Assembly (NCBI GenBank): GCA_958296125.1
Contig: OY282444.1
Coordinates: 1,543,940 to 1,607,939, forward strand
From: an uncultured Poribacteria bacterium
GTDB lineage: Bacteria; Poribacteria; WGA-4E; PCPOR2b
Direction: 5' to 3'
Length of the DNA stretch: 64,000 bases
Below the pieces are notes generated by a model. The model worked only from the letters and a program-made list of their open reading frames with translations, was not told the DNA's origin and searched no databases. The translations under genes were made by a program, and so were the position numbers. Positions within the stretch are counted from its first letter, which is position 1; each line of letters starts with the position of its first letter. Below, piece by piece: positions 29,347-38,818 of this stretch.

Positions 29347-30471
29347 ATGAAGAACTCAAGGGAACAAAAACAAACAGACGATCCCGTGCGAGCAGCCCGC
29401 GTGGACAATTTACTGCGCCCGGAGGTACTAAATGCCTTTGACCGCACAGCCTTCGAGCACGATGGATATTGGGTATGGGAGGGCATACTGACCGATGCCG
29501 GACGAAAGCAGTTCACCGCTAGTCTACAAAAATTGCAGCACATGAACGACTGCATCCTTATCGACACCGATTGGGCTTCTATCGACTTTGAGGGGCGTGG
29601 ATTGTCATCGCCGCCGCCAGAGCAAATCACCCCGGAGTTTTTGATATCTTGCTGCGGTGGATCAGAGCAAATGCCCAGCTTTCTCAGATCAGAGACGCGT
29701 ACATACATGCACGACCATGGACTCTTGGGGCCGGCCCCTACATTAGTCACACACGGGTTCGAGTCACTGGGGGTTATGCCGGAATATTTCCCGGCTGGAT
29801 ACGACGACTTCATTATGGATGTCACGACTGCCCATCCGCAGATGATAGGACTATTCAGGAAACTCTTTGGCGACCGCTTCGTGCTCGACCACTGTTTAAT
29901 GCTCAACCGGGCGGCTGGCTCGCGGGGGAGACGCTGGCATGCTCACCAATATCGGGAAGGACAGTATGAGGTCGAAGATCCTATCGGCACCGGTAAGGCA
30001 TTAACCCCTGAGTTTCTACAGCAGCAGTGCATCCGAACACTGTGCTACCCGGAAGGTGCAGAAGGCGGGGAAGGTGCGGAACTTGGGGTTATCCCGGGAT
30101 CTCATCTTTACCGCATCCCGTACAAGTGGAACACGGAGCGACCTGATGAAGACACCGACATGCAGGTAAACTGGCTGAAGGGAAAGACCCACGCCATCAC
30201 AGGCAAGCCGTTGGAAATTGTACATCTATCGCTACCCCCCGGGAGCATGGTTTCGTTTGTTCACCATATGCCACATCACGTCCAGCACCGTCCGCCAGGG
30301 GCACCCACCCGGTGGGGGCTGCTGATGGCGTATCGGACACCAGATCCCGCAGCCTCGCCAGCCAAGTGGACAGCCGGTATCCCCACCCATTGGGTAGAGC
30401 GTACTGCAGCAGCAGGAAAACTCTCCGATGCGGAGCACCGCGTGTTCGAGGCGGATAACCCCCTTAATTGA
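29347..30471 (+). CDS. PhyH-like dioxygenase, divergent (WHAH motif)
   Basis: FEHDGY, HPQM, DHCLM, WHAH, VIPGSH and LPPGSMV..HH.PH. Confidence 0.75.
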   Translation: MKNSREQKQTDDPVRAARVDNLLRPEVLNAFDRTAFEHDGYWVWEGILTDAGRKQFTASLQKLQHMNDCILIDTDWASIDFEGRGLSSPPPEQITPEFLISCCGGSEQMPSFLRSETRTYMHDHGLLGPAPTLVTHGFESLGVMPEYFPAGYDDFIMDVTTAHPQMIGLFRKLFGDRFVLDHCLMLNRAAGSRGRRWHAHQYREGQYEVEDPIGTGKALTPEFLQQQCIRTLCYPEGAEGGEGAELGVIPGSHLYRIPYKWNTERPDEDTDMQVNWLKGKTHAITGKPLEIVHLSLPPGSMVSFVHHMPHHVQHRPPGAPTRWGLLMAYRTPDPAASPAKWTAGIPTHWVERTAAAGKLSDAEHRVFEADNPLN

Positions 30472-30475
30472 CCTA

Positions 30476-31705
30476 TCAAGACTGTGAATCCACAGTCCGT
30501 CCGCCCGTCAAGTCCTTGTCGTAGCTCGGCCGAAACAACTCGGTGAGAACGGTTGGCAACTCACCCCGCTCCGCCTTCATCGCCCATACCGGCGGAATTG
30601 AGTGCGATGGCTGGGCGTAACCGGTTATATCACTCGGTTTCTTGTAGCAGTAAAGCGAGCACCAGCGAGTCTTCTTCTCCAAAGCTTTGGGAGCCACTGC
30701 ATGTGCGGCGTGGGATAGGCAGCAGACAACCGACCCCGGAGGCAGCGAGATGTATTCAATTTGAAGCGGCTCCGAAGTGACGGGATGTACCCGACCCGCT
30801 AACCATCCCTGCCGCATCTCTTCGTCGGTGTCAGCCCGGCACCCCGTCGGATCTCGAAAGAGATAGCTGCCTCGAATGATTTTGAGACCCCCGTCAGCCT
30901 CGGCTTCAAAGCCTTGGGGATAACAGAGTGTGAGATTGAAATTCGGTTGTGCCTGATACTCCGACAAACTCGTTACGCCGCAATTGTCAGCACCGCCGCC
31001 GATTTTATGGCTGTGCCACGCACCACCGGGATAGCCTGGGGGTCTCGTCAATAGCTGATTATGATCGAAATAGATGTCATCACTGCCGAGGCTCATTCGT
31101 TGCAGCTGAAGCATCTGCGGGTGTGTGAGGACGTTCATTAAGTATGGGACATGCCCTGCCGGAAAATACTCAGCGAACACACTGTGCTGCCGCAATGTCT
31201 TCACACCCGTCTCATCGTCTGACTGCGGTGCCTTTTGGCTCCCTCCGAGGGCGTTATTAATCTCCTCAACGGTTAGATATTTTGTCGGTGGTGTGCGGCC
31301 AAGAGTGTCCCAGTCAATCTGTGTCCAGTCTGCCCTCAGCAATCTGTCGTTGAGGTGCTGACCATATTTCAACGCCGCGGTCCATTCCTCGACAGCTTTG
31401 GGCGTTATGACTTCTTTCAGGACAGCATATCCATCCCGCGAAAAGCTGGCGTGATCGAATTGTGCAGCAACCGCCGACATGTCGAATATGGGTTCGCGAT
31501 TTGCTTCTAACCGGTCCCAATCGCTCCGAGACCAATGCACAGGTGAGTGCTCGTTGGCAAGGAAGCTAGGGCGGGTGGCACGTGCAAGTTCGCTGGTCGA
31601 GCGCAGCAGAAGCTGAGCTAACATCGGATCTGATACTTCAGGAACAAGGAGTGGGTTCTGTGGCATTGTGGGAGCAGAATCAGGAGATGACGCACTTCCC
31701 TTCAT
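30476..31705 (-). CDS. PhyH-like dioxygenase, divergent (WHSH motif), convergent paralogue of 29347..30471
   Basis: FSRDGY, EYFPAG, THPQM, WHSH, TLCYP and LPPGSVV...HAAHAV. Start set at MKGS after GAGAGG. Confidence 0.75.
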   Translation of the reverse strand: MKGSASSPDSAPTMPQNPLLVPEVSDPMLAQLLLRSTSELARATRPSFLANEHSPVHWSRSDWDRLEANREPIFDMSAVAAQFDHASFSRDGYAVLKEVITPKAVEEWTAALKYGQHLNDRLLRADWTQIDWDTLGRTPPTKYLTVEEINNALGGSQKAPQSDDETGVKTLRQHSVFAEYFPAGHVPYLMNVLTHPQMLQLQRMSLGSDDIYFDHNQLLTRPPGYPGGAWHSHKIGGGADNCGVTSLSEYQAQPNFNLTLCYPQGFEAEADGGLKIIRGSYLFRDPTGCRADTDEEMRQGWLAGRVHPVTSEPLQIEYISLPPGSVVCCLSHAAHAVAPKALEKKTRWCSLYCYKKPSDITGYAQPSHSIPPVWAMKAERGELPTVLTELFRPSYDKDLTGGRTVDSQS

Positions 31706-31904
31706 AACTGACCTCTCTTCCCAAAAGTTACGGGCGGATTTTCTGAGAAAACGCACTTGTTGGCATATTGACCTTACGGTCTACATCAGCCAAACAGATA
31801 ACAAACTTTTCCTTGATTTGTCGGACCGATAATGATAGTATCTGATTGAAGTTTAGCACCTTGCCCCTAGGCTGTCAAGCGGAAAAAGCCGCACGAAATA
31901 ACGG

Positions 31905-32130
31905 GCACCGGAAGCTGAAATCCTTGCAAGTATGGTTGGGGCACCGGTTTATGAGGACTTAGAAGATTGTGTGGATGGAGCCGATGTGGTATACATCCTC
32001 ACACCTTCCCATTGAATCTGAGCCGGGCGATGTCGTTTACTTCAGTCATCAACTCTGGCATGCGTCGTTCGGTGGGCGTGTGGGCAGGCGAATGTTCACG
32101 CTGAACTTCCGAAGCGCGCCAACTGATTAG
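31905..32130 (+). pseudogene. Chimeric deletion scar: Gfo/Idh/MocA fragment joined to a PhyH C-terminal fragment
   Basis: Manual translation gives ...LASMVGAPVYEDLEDCVDGADVVYILTP in one frame and IESEPGDVVYFSHQLWHASFGG...RRMFTLNF in another. The junction is at ~32008. Confidence 0.75.
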
Positions 32131-32141
32131 AAAGGTCTGTT

Positions 32142-33002
32142 ATGGAATATCGTGAATTTGGAAGGACAGGGATGCGGCTGAGTGTCATAGGGACAGGCGG
32201 TCTCCTTGCACACTATTGGGAAGGAGAATCCGGTCATCCACCCCCCGAAGAGAAGCGGCGGATTTATCTACAAGCAGCCGAATCCGGGATAAACCTATTC
32301 GACATGGGATACGGGGATGAGATCCATATCCCGGAAGAGTTGAAGGGCAATACGGACGAGCGTTACTTTTCCCTGAAAGTCGGTGCCCCTGCAGCGACAG
32401 ACTTAGCAGGGATTATCGACAAACATCTTGTAAATCTGCGTAGAGATGCGATAGACATCCTCCGGGTACACTATTATGCCTACATGAAAGACACCCAACT
32501 AAGGAAGCGAATCACCGATCTCAAGCAGATGGGCAAGGTGCGATCGCTCTGTCTGATACGCCACTTTGAGGCGGATCAAGATGCCTATGTAACGCGCGGT
32601 CCAGAAAAGGGGGCAGACGCGGACTTGGTTATCTACAATTATGTCTGTCGCAGTCAGGCACAGGGTATTCGGGCCTCCTCCAAAGCTGGGAAGGGAGTCT
32701 TGGTAATGAAAGCACTCGGTGGGCAATACTTGAGTTGGCAACATAAAATTGGGACGGACTGGGCCAAAGCAACGGAGGAAACTCTGGTGCAGCTTTCACC
32801 CCTCGGTGAGAGTATGCGCAGCGAATTGCCGCTTGTCTATTCCTTTACCGCCGGTCCTTGGCAGGAGTTGGCTGAGTCAGGGGAACAGATTTCGCCGACC
32901 GGTAAGGCAGTATCATGGGTGCTCGAAAACCGAGGGGTGAGCAGTGCTTTGGTAGCGGTTGCCAGTGTCAAAGAACTTGAGGCTGTTTTGGAGGGGATAT
33001 AG
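32142..33002 (+). CDS. Aldo/keto reductase-family protein (divergent)
   Basis: MEYREFGRTGMRLSVIG.G, GINLFD, LRRDAIDI..VH, GKVR and GVLVMKALGG. Confidence 0.8.
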   Translation: MEYREFGRTGMRLSVIGTGGLLAHYWEGESGHPPPEEKRRIYLQAAESGINLFDMGYGDEIHIPEELKGNTDERYFSLKVGAPAATDLAGIIDKHLVNLRRDAIDILRVHYYAYMKDTQLRKRITDLKQMGKVRSLCLIRHFEADQDAYVTRGPEKGADADLVIYNYVCRSQAQGIRASSKAGKGVLVMKALGGQYLSWQHKIGTDWAKATEETLVQLSPLGESMRSELPLVYSFTAGPWQELAESGEQISPTGKAVSWVLENRGVSSALVAVASVKELEAVLEGI

Positions 33003-33045
33003 AAGGCCTCTTATACCGATTACGAGACTGTTGAGTGAGGTTTTC

Positions 33046-33801
33046 ATGGATATACAATTAACATCGGTTCAAAAAGAAGAGTACCAACGCGATGGTTATA
33101 CTATCGTCAAAGGCGCGTTCGATATAGACGAGTGCGATCAGTTTATTGAGTATATGATGGACCTACATGCCGGACGTAAGACTGTCGAAGGCTACCCCGC
33201 GCGCGAGCCGGATGACTGGAGGCGGACACATAACCGCTCCCTGCACGAGCCTGTGGGGCTAGCTTGGATGCTCGATGCTAGATTGTACCAGCCGTTGCAG
33301 ACACTCCTCGAGGATGAACCGGATGCTGTGCAGAGTATGTATTTCTATAAAGGTTCGGAACAACGTCGGCATCAAGATGCCTATCATCTCCCGGGCTGTA
33401 TGTCGGCGTGGATCGCCCTTCAGGAGGTTGGCGCGTGGAACGGAAGCATCCACATCCAACTCAGCTCTCACAAGGGACCGATTATTGATAAGAAGGATTT
33501 TAGAGTTGATGAAGACGGCAAGCGGGGTCCTTGGTATGGTTGGCATCCGGAAGACGCATTCGATGCCCTGTTTGAGAGCAACGGGCTTCCAGAAATCGCT
33601 GTCGAAGCATCAAAGGGAGATGTGGTATTCTTCCACGGTCGGCTCATCCATCGTGGCGGTTCCATTTTGGAGCCGGGCGCGTTTCGTCACAGTTTCGCTT
33701 GCCACTATATCCCCCATTCTTTTAATCCTTGGCCCTATGAAGCACTACCGAGGTTGCGGATTTCATTCGATGGGGTCTGCCGATTTACGCCGACCCACTG
33801 A
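33046..33801 (+). CDS. PhyH-family dioxygenase (canonical HQD)
   Basis: YQRDGY, RHQD, SAWIAL and KGDVVFFHGRLIHRG. Confidence 0.92.
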   Translation: MDIQLTSVQKEEYQRDGYTIVKGAFDIDECDQFIEYMMDLHAGRKTVEGYPAREPDDWRRTHNRSLHEPVGLAWMLDARLYQPLQTLLEDEPDAVQSMYFYKGSEQRRHQDAYHLPGCMSAWIALQEVGAWNGSIHIQLSSHKGPIIDKKDFRVDEDGKRGPWYGWHPEDAFDALFESNGLPEIAVEASKGDVVFFHGRLIHRGGSILEPGAFRHSFACHYIPHSFNPWPYEALPRLRISFDGVCRFTPTH

Positions 33802-33854
33802 TAGATGGAGTATTTGCAGATTCAGTTGAGGGGAAAAGTCCGTTTGTATAAATA

Positions 33855-34916
33855 CTAGGTCGAGTGAAATCTCTGAATCGCATCAACCAACTTATCCGCC
33901 CCAAAACGGATGACATCCGTGGCGGGTAGTCCCGTCTCTCGCTCTGTGTCTTCAACAGCTTGATGGGCTTCCTCTTCGGTGAGATCAAAGCAGTTGAGAC
34001 CAATCCCAATGACTTTGGCGGGTTTAATGGGGTTGGCAAGCATCTCATACTGACGGATTAATTCCGGCACCGGAGGCAGCGGCACAGTGTATCGGGCGAC
34101 AATCTTCCGTGAGGGTTGGTGACAGAAGATTATAGCATCGGGCATCGAGCCGTGCAGGAGGCTCAATGTAACGCCCGAATAGCCGGGGTGCACTAGCGAT
34201 CCTTGTCCTTCGACGAGGAGGAGATCACGTGCCCTTTTTGCCCCTTCGAGCACAATCTCCTCCGATGCCCCCGCTGTGAAGTCCGATACCACCGCGTCAA
34301 TGGCAATTCCCCAACCGGAGATCATGATACCATTCTGACCGGTCGCGCAAAATTCGGCATCCAATCCACGATTCCGCGCCATCTCTGCGAGTTCAATCGC
34401 TGTCACCATTTTGCCGATTCGACAATCCGATCCGACAGTCAGGATAACGGTTGGATCCACTGCGTCGGCTTTGCAGGTAGCAATTGGCAGGTCTGCTGGC
34501 GGTTTACGCACATCCCACAGTGTGACGTTGTGGCGTTTGGCGAGATCAGCGAGTTGTGGGTCATCACTCAGGAATCGGTGGAGTCCACTCATGACATGCA
34601 GCCCGTGTCCGATAGCTTCCTTCAGAATCGCTATCCACGTTTCAGGCAGTTGCCCCCCCGGTGGCGCGATTCCAATTGCGAGCATCGTTGGATTCAATTC
34701 CATCGCTTCTGCAAGGCTGCTAAGGACCGGAATTCCCTCTCCGATTTCAATGACTTCGCTGACATCTTTCCCGGCTTGTTCGCTGTCGATAACAGCAACG
34801 ACATTTTCGGCATGGTAGCGCACCAATACTGTCGCTGCTTTTGATTCGAGGATGCCGAATGAACCTTCGGCGAGAATGGCCATTTTATGTGCTTTGGGAT
34901 TGAGTAGTTGTTCCAT
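33855..34916 (-). CDS. DUF1611 (DgcN-like) P-loop family protein
   Basis: IGIAPPGG, GLH, TVGSDCRIGKM, ATGQNG, VEGQGSL.HPGYS and LLHGS.PD. Confidence 0.9.
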   Translation of the reverse strand: MEQLLNPKAHKMAILAEGSFGILESKAATVLVRYHAENVVAVIDSEQAGKDVSEVIEIGEGIPVLSSLAEAMELNPTMLAIGIAPPGGQLPETWIAILKEAIGHGLHVMSGLHRFLSDDPQLADLAKRHNVTLWDVRKPPADLPIATCKADAVDPTVILTVGSDCRIGKMVTAIELAEMARNRGLDAEFCATGQNGIMISGWGIAIDAVVSDFTAGASEEIVLEGAKRARDLLLVEGQGSLVHPGYSGVTLSLLHGSMPDAIIFCHQPSRKIVARYTVPLPPVPELIRQYEMLANPIKPAKVIGIGLNCFDLTEEEAHQAVEDTERETGLPATDVIRFGADKLVDAIQRFHST

Positions 34917-35166
34917 ATACCTCGTCCTTATTTTCCTGACAGTTTTTGTCCCTGATACAACATTTCTCTATTTCTTTGACGGAAAATTGTGCTTTTAATG
35001 GCAAAAGTTGTGCCTCTGGAAGATTTGTAATTTCAGCGATGAGCCCAATCTCCATTCCTTTAGCAAGCATCACCCTTGCGGATTCAATCTTCCCTTCCCT
35101 TTTGCCTTCCACTCGACCGTTGTGATGGATCTGTTGCTTCTCTTTTTCTAATGCGGTAATTAACAT
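34885..35166 (-). CDS. Stand-alone duplicate of the Rpn C-terminal domain (RpnS-like)
   Basis: Has its own RBS, GAGGTGAAGACG-ATG. MLITALEKEKQQIHHNGRVEGKREGKIESARVMLAKGMEI.LIAEIT is a diverged copy of the upstream gene's tail. Confidence 0.75.
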   Translation of the reverse strand: MLITALEKEKQQIHHNGRVEGKREGKIESARVMLAKGMEIGLIAEITNLPEAQLLPLKAQFSVKEIEKCCIRDKNCQENKDEVYGTTTQSQST

Positions 35167-35171
35167 CGTCT

Positions 35172-36158
35172 TCACCTCTTTTCTGAGGGAAGCTCTGCCT
35201 TCAACTGCAAGAGTTGTGCTTGGGGAAACCCTGTAATTTCAGCGATGAGCCTAATCTCCATTCCTTTGGCAAGCATCACCTTTGCGGATTCAATTTTGCC
35301 TTCCCTTTTACCTTCGACCCGGCCTTCCCTTTTGCCTTCCACCCGGCCTTCCCTTTTGCCTTCCCTTTTGCCTTCGACCCGGCCTTCCACTCGACCGTTG
35401 TGATAGATCTGTTGCTTCTCTTTTTCTAACGCGGTAATTAACATCGTTCTTACCTCCTCTTCGTTTTGATAAATGGTTTCTAATGACTCATAGTCCCCAG
35501 ATGCAATCCGTCCGTGGAGCGCGAGCTGCTTGAACCAGTTTAAGAACAGACTGACCGCCCCCTTGTCCGCCTCCGATGAGAACAGATGCAGCAATTCCGC
35601 CTCCAGTACATCTACATCATAATACGATTCCGCTAAAAACAACGTGGAAACGATGTTTCGGATTTTCATCAGGGCTTGTTGGCTATATTGGTTTTCAGCA
35701 ATCAAGAAATACTGAAAATCTAAGGCAAAAGCACCCAACGAGGGGGTCTGTTCAATTAAATCGGATAGGTTAATCGGTGCCGTCCAGTGGTCTTCTCCAT
35801 TGTATAGCACGATCGGGAAAACCGCAGGTAGCTTTTTGACCTGTTTGTGATTGGCAACATAGTCCATGTAGAAGTTGGTGATGTAGTTGAGGACCCGTAA
35901 CGCCATGAACGGCTCGACGGTGGATTGAAACTCAATGACGATATAGATATAAACCTCATGGTTAAGCAACTGAACTTTGTAAATCAAGTCACTTTCGGTT
36001 TCCTTGTAGTGTTGGGAGATGAATGACTTATCAAGCGTTTCGCACGTCGCAAAATCCAGATGATTGACCCATTCTTGTGTAACGAAGGTCTCAAGCAGTT
36101 GCCGAAATACGGTCTGATTTGAAAAGAGTTTTTTGTATCCGCTGTCGTGAATGTTCAC
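35172..36158 (-). CDS. Rpn/YhgA-like PD-(D/E)xK nuclease (Transposase_31 family)
   Basis: HDSGYKKLF, ESDLIYKV, IEFQS, MALRVLNY, PIVLYNG..W, EG-repeat linker and terminal HTH (IAEITG). Confidence 0.92.
   Translation of the reverse strand: MNIHDSGYKKLFSNQTVFRQLLETFVTQEWVNHLDFATCETLDKSFISQHYKETESDLIYKVQLLNHEVYIYIVIEFQSTVEPFMALRVLNYITNFYMDYVANHKQVKKLPAVFPIVLYNGEDHWTAPINLSDLIEQTPSLGAFALDFQYFLIAENQYSQQALMKIRNIVSTLFLAESYYDVDVLEAELLHLFSSEADKGAVSLFLNWFKQLALHGRIASGDYESLETIYQNEEEVRTMLITALEKEKQQIYHNGRVEGRVEGKREGKREGRVEGKREGRVEGKREGKIESAKVMLAKGMEIRLIAEITGFPQAQLLQLKAELPSEKR
35295..35396 (-). repeat. 12-bp tandem repeats encoding G(R/K)(V/R)E units in Rpn
   Basis: GRVEGRVEGKREGKREGRVEGKREGRVEGKREGKIE. The downstream copy has only GRVEGKREGKIE. 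Confidence 0.9.
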
Positions 36159-36196
36159 CGTTAGCCCCTCTCAAAGACTTACGTCGGCCGATTCGG

Positions 36197-38674
36197 CTAT
36201 TCGCCCATTTGCTGACCGGTGGGTTTGTTGAGCCGATTCCCCTGAGCCTCATTCTGGATTTGTCGGGCAATAATTCTCACCGGCGTTGCTTTGGGCGGCA
36301 CAACATCCGTATTGACGCGGTAGGTTCGATCATCCTTGCCGCCGGGCAGCGGATGGTTGAAGATTGAATCTGGATCGCGATAAACAGCAATAATATTGTG
36401 AAACAGTTGGGCGGTAAACTGGTTACGGATAAAACGTCCGCCTGTGAACACCCAATGGGTTTGCTGCATCGGCTGCTTAGTCATCGTATTCCACACCAAT
36501 TCTTCGGCGCGATGCCGAATAATTTGCTCGCCACGTTGCCATTCAACCCATAGCTCGACCGGATCGCCTTCGGGGAGGTGGGGGTCACCTTCCACAGTAA
36601 GGTTCATGCCCGGATTCAGGTTCAAGCGGAGAAGCGCGAGTTGGATGTGCATCGGTTCTGCATCGAGCATGATGAGACTTTCATGTGTTTTGCCCAGTTT
36701 GCCGACCGCGAAAAATTCGAGGATGGTCTCTTGGCTGATAAGGTTGATTTCACCGTTCATTGTCACTTCATGTTTATTGGCATCAACAGTGACATCCCCA
36801 ATTTGAACGATGCCATCGCCGATTTCTTGGATAGGGGAGGTTGGGGCAATCGCAGCGGCGGATTCCGGGCGAATGGTTAATTGCTGCGATGTGGTATTGT
36901 TGCTGCGATCCAAATCTGCAACTGTTGCATTTGGGTCAACAAGTACATGGAGTGTATGCTCTCCATCCTCACTCGCGATCCAGTTAATCGCAGTGGTTGT
37001 TTCATCAAGATTCCTGTTAAAGAGCACCTCTTGAGAGTCGATCTTTTTTCCACCTTCCGCCGGATGCCCGTCGTAAAAATCCACAGGAACCGTTGCCTCA
37101 ATCGGTGCACCGGTATTTGTCAGTGTGACACTGATTCGCACAGGGTCCCCAACGCGCGGCGAAGGCGGAGAGTAGCGAAGGCTGCGGTTTACCGCCCCGA
37201 GGTCTGGCTGAGTCGGCTTCGGCAGAGCACGTGTCAGAAACATCAGGGCGAAGCAGGTTGTCGGGAAATAGTCCTCGTGATCGATCCAACGTCCATCGGG
37301 TTGCTGCTCGGCAACAAACATACTGGCTATGTCCTGATACCAATCATGTCCAACAAGTGTATCCTGTTTCGGGGGGATGTCACAGAAGCGTTGTAATGTC
37401 ACAAAATAGTAGTGATGCCAAGAATTGGCACCGGGATTTCGGGTGAGCGACCAGTATTTTTTGATCCACTCCAACCCTTTTTGCGTCTGTGCATCCTCAA
37501 CAGGAACGCCAAACGCGCGGAGCGTCCAAAGCCCCGTCGCTGTCATGCTACCGTAGACACCTTCCGCCCAAGGCGAGCCGTGCTCTACCCGATTATAGAG
37601 CCAGCCGCCGGTGTCCGTCTGATTGCTACGAATCCACTCCTCGGCGCGCTTCCATGTCTCTGACGGGATTTCGAGCCCCCACTGTTTCGCAGCGTAAAGG
37701 GCATAGACAACCCAGTTAAAGTGCGCCCCATCGGCTGTCGCACCGTAACCCCAACCGCCAAAATCTCTTGGATCTGAAAACTCCTCGCCGCCAAATGGCA
37801 ACTGGCTCTTAACGAGCTGATTCACCGAAAACTGGGCGCGTTTGCGGTATTCTGGCTGGTTGGTGGTAACGAGGGTTGGCAACATGATAGAGTGGACGTA
37901 GACATCGAAGTTATTCCAATCCTGCACCATGAGAAAATCCAGACCTTGTTGTACAGCAGGATCCGAGGCAGGCACCCCCGCCGACATTAAGGCGAGCAGT
38001 GCAAGCGCGGTTTCTTGCTTGCTATCTTCCCCCAGGTCCCATGCTGGACCGTGCAAAAGATCTTCGGGCAACCCTTTAAGGGTGGCACCGCAGATAACAC
38101 AGATTGAGATGAGTTGGTTTTCGGAAGCGCACTGTAAACAGGTGCGATTATGTTTTCCCTGTTGGGCTCTTATCCACGCCACCCCTCTTTGAATTGCGTT
38201 TTGGATCTGATCCGGGGTCGCCTTGGGAAATGTACGTTGCCTTGCGGTAATAGAAGTGTGAGCGATGTTATTGCTGCGATTGGCTTCTTGAATCTCTTTG
38301 TCATCTCCAGCCGGATTAACGACAGCATAGACTTCAGTTGTTCCGGGCGGCGGCCGCCATTGTGCCTTGACGCTGTTTGACGTTCCCACATCCAATCCCA
38401 AAATCACATCTCGACACATAATCTGCAGCGGGGTTGTCCCCGGATCCCCTTCGTACAGATTGACCACCAGATCTTCATTCATCGTCGGAGCAGCCTGCCC
38501 CACGTTTTTAACCGTGACGTAAATCGTGATCTCCTCCCCCTCAAGCGGAGAAGAATTGGAAAACACAAAACTTGTGCTGTCCACCTCAAAGTCCGGTAGC
38601 GGCATCTGTTGCGCTTGCGTCTGAAATGCGATGAGGAGCAGTATCAGGACGAAAAGGAAGCGAAATCTATACAT
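36197..38674 (-). CDS. Secreted multidomain protein: CARDB / prenyltransferase-squalene-cyclase-like alpha barrel / CARDB / YdjY-like domain
   Basis: Signal peptide and two CARDB-like units (VKNVG...NPAG...E.N..NN). QW-like repeats (W...Q..DGGW.Y). C-terminal KTHESL...HIQLALL...WVFTG. Confidence 0.7.
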   Translation of the reverse strand: MYRFRFLFVLILLLIAFQTQAQQMPLPDFEVDSTSFVFSNSSPLEGEEITIYVTVKNVGQAAPTMNEDLVVNLYEGDPGTTPLQIMCRDVILGLDVGTSNSVKAQWRPPPGTTEVYAVVNPAGDDKEIQEANRSNNIAHTSITARQRTFPKATPDQIQNAIQRGVAWIRAQQGKHNRTCLQCASENQLISICVICGATLKGLPEDLLHGPAWDLGEDSKQETALALLALMSAGVPASDPAVQQGLDFLMVQDWNNFDVYVHSIMLPTLVTTNQPEYRKRAQFSVNQLVKSQLPFGGEEFSDPRDFGGWGYGATADGAHFNWVVYALYAAKQWGLEIPSETWKRAEEWIRSNQTDTGGWLYNRVEHGSPWAEGVYGSMTATGLWTLRAFGVPVEDAQTQKGLEWIKKYWSLTRNPGANSWHHYYFVTLQRFCDIPPKQDTLVGHDWYQDIASMFVAEQQPDGRWIDHEDYFPTTCFALMFLTRALPKPTQPDLGAVNRSLRYSPPSPRVGDPVRISVTLTNTGAPIEATVPVDFYDGHPAEGGKKIDSQEVLFNRNLDETTTAINWIASEDGEHTLHVLVDPNATVADLDRSNNTTSQQLTIRPESAAAIAPTSPIQEIGDGIVQIGDVTVDANKHEVTMNGEINLISQETILEFFAVGKLGKTHESLIMLDAEPMHIQLALLRLNLNPGMNLTVEGDPHLPEGDPVELWVEWQRGEQIIRHRAEELVWNTMTKQPMQQTHWVFTGGRFIRNQFTAQLFHNIIAVYRDPDSIFNHPLPGGKDDRTYRVNTDVVPPKATPVRIIARQIQNEAQGNRLNKPTGQQMGE

Positions 38675-38818
38675 ACGAACACCCCTTTTTTGTCTGTTGA
38701 GATCAGACCGGTTGAGAAGAAAAGTAAGAGCGAATCAACAATTTTGGATTAAACATGGGGCATCAAGCAAATGGGCAAATGCCGGATATGCCCATCTACC
38801 CCTATGGTTGTGTGAGTA

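Noticed and set aside
34203..34844. 213-aa plus-strand ORF and similar long antisense ORFs (29316..29906, 46745..47272, 55709..56224)
   Set aside because: They lie opposite well-supported genes and have no recognisable motifs.
35295..35396. CRISPR array
   Set aside because: The units are 12-bp coding repeats with no unique spacers, and there are no cas genes.
36197..38674. Functional squalene-hopene or oxidosqualene cyclase
   Set aside because: It has a single barrel, a signal peptide and no DxDD/DCTAE catalytic motif.
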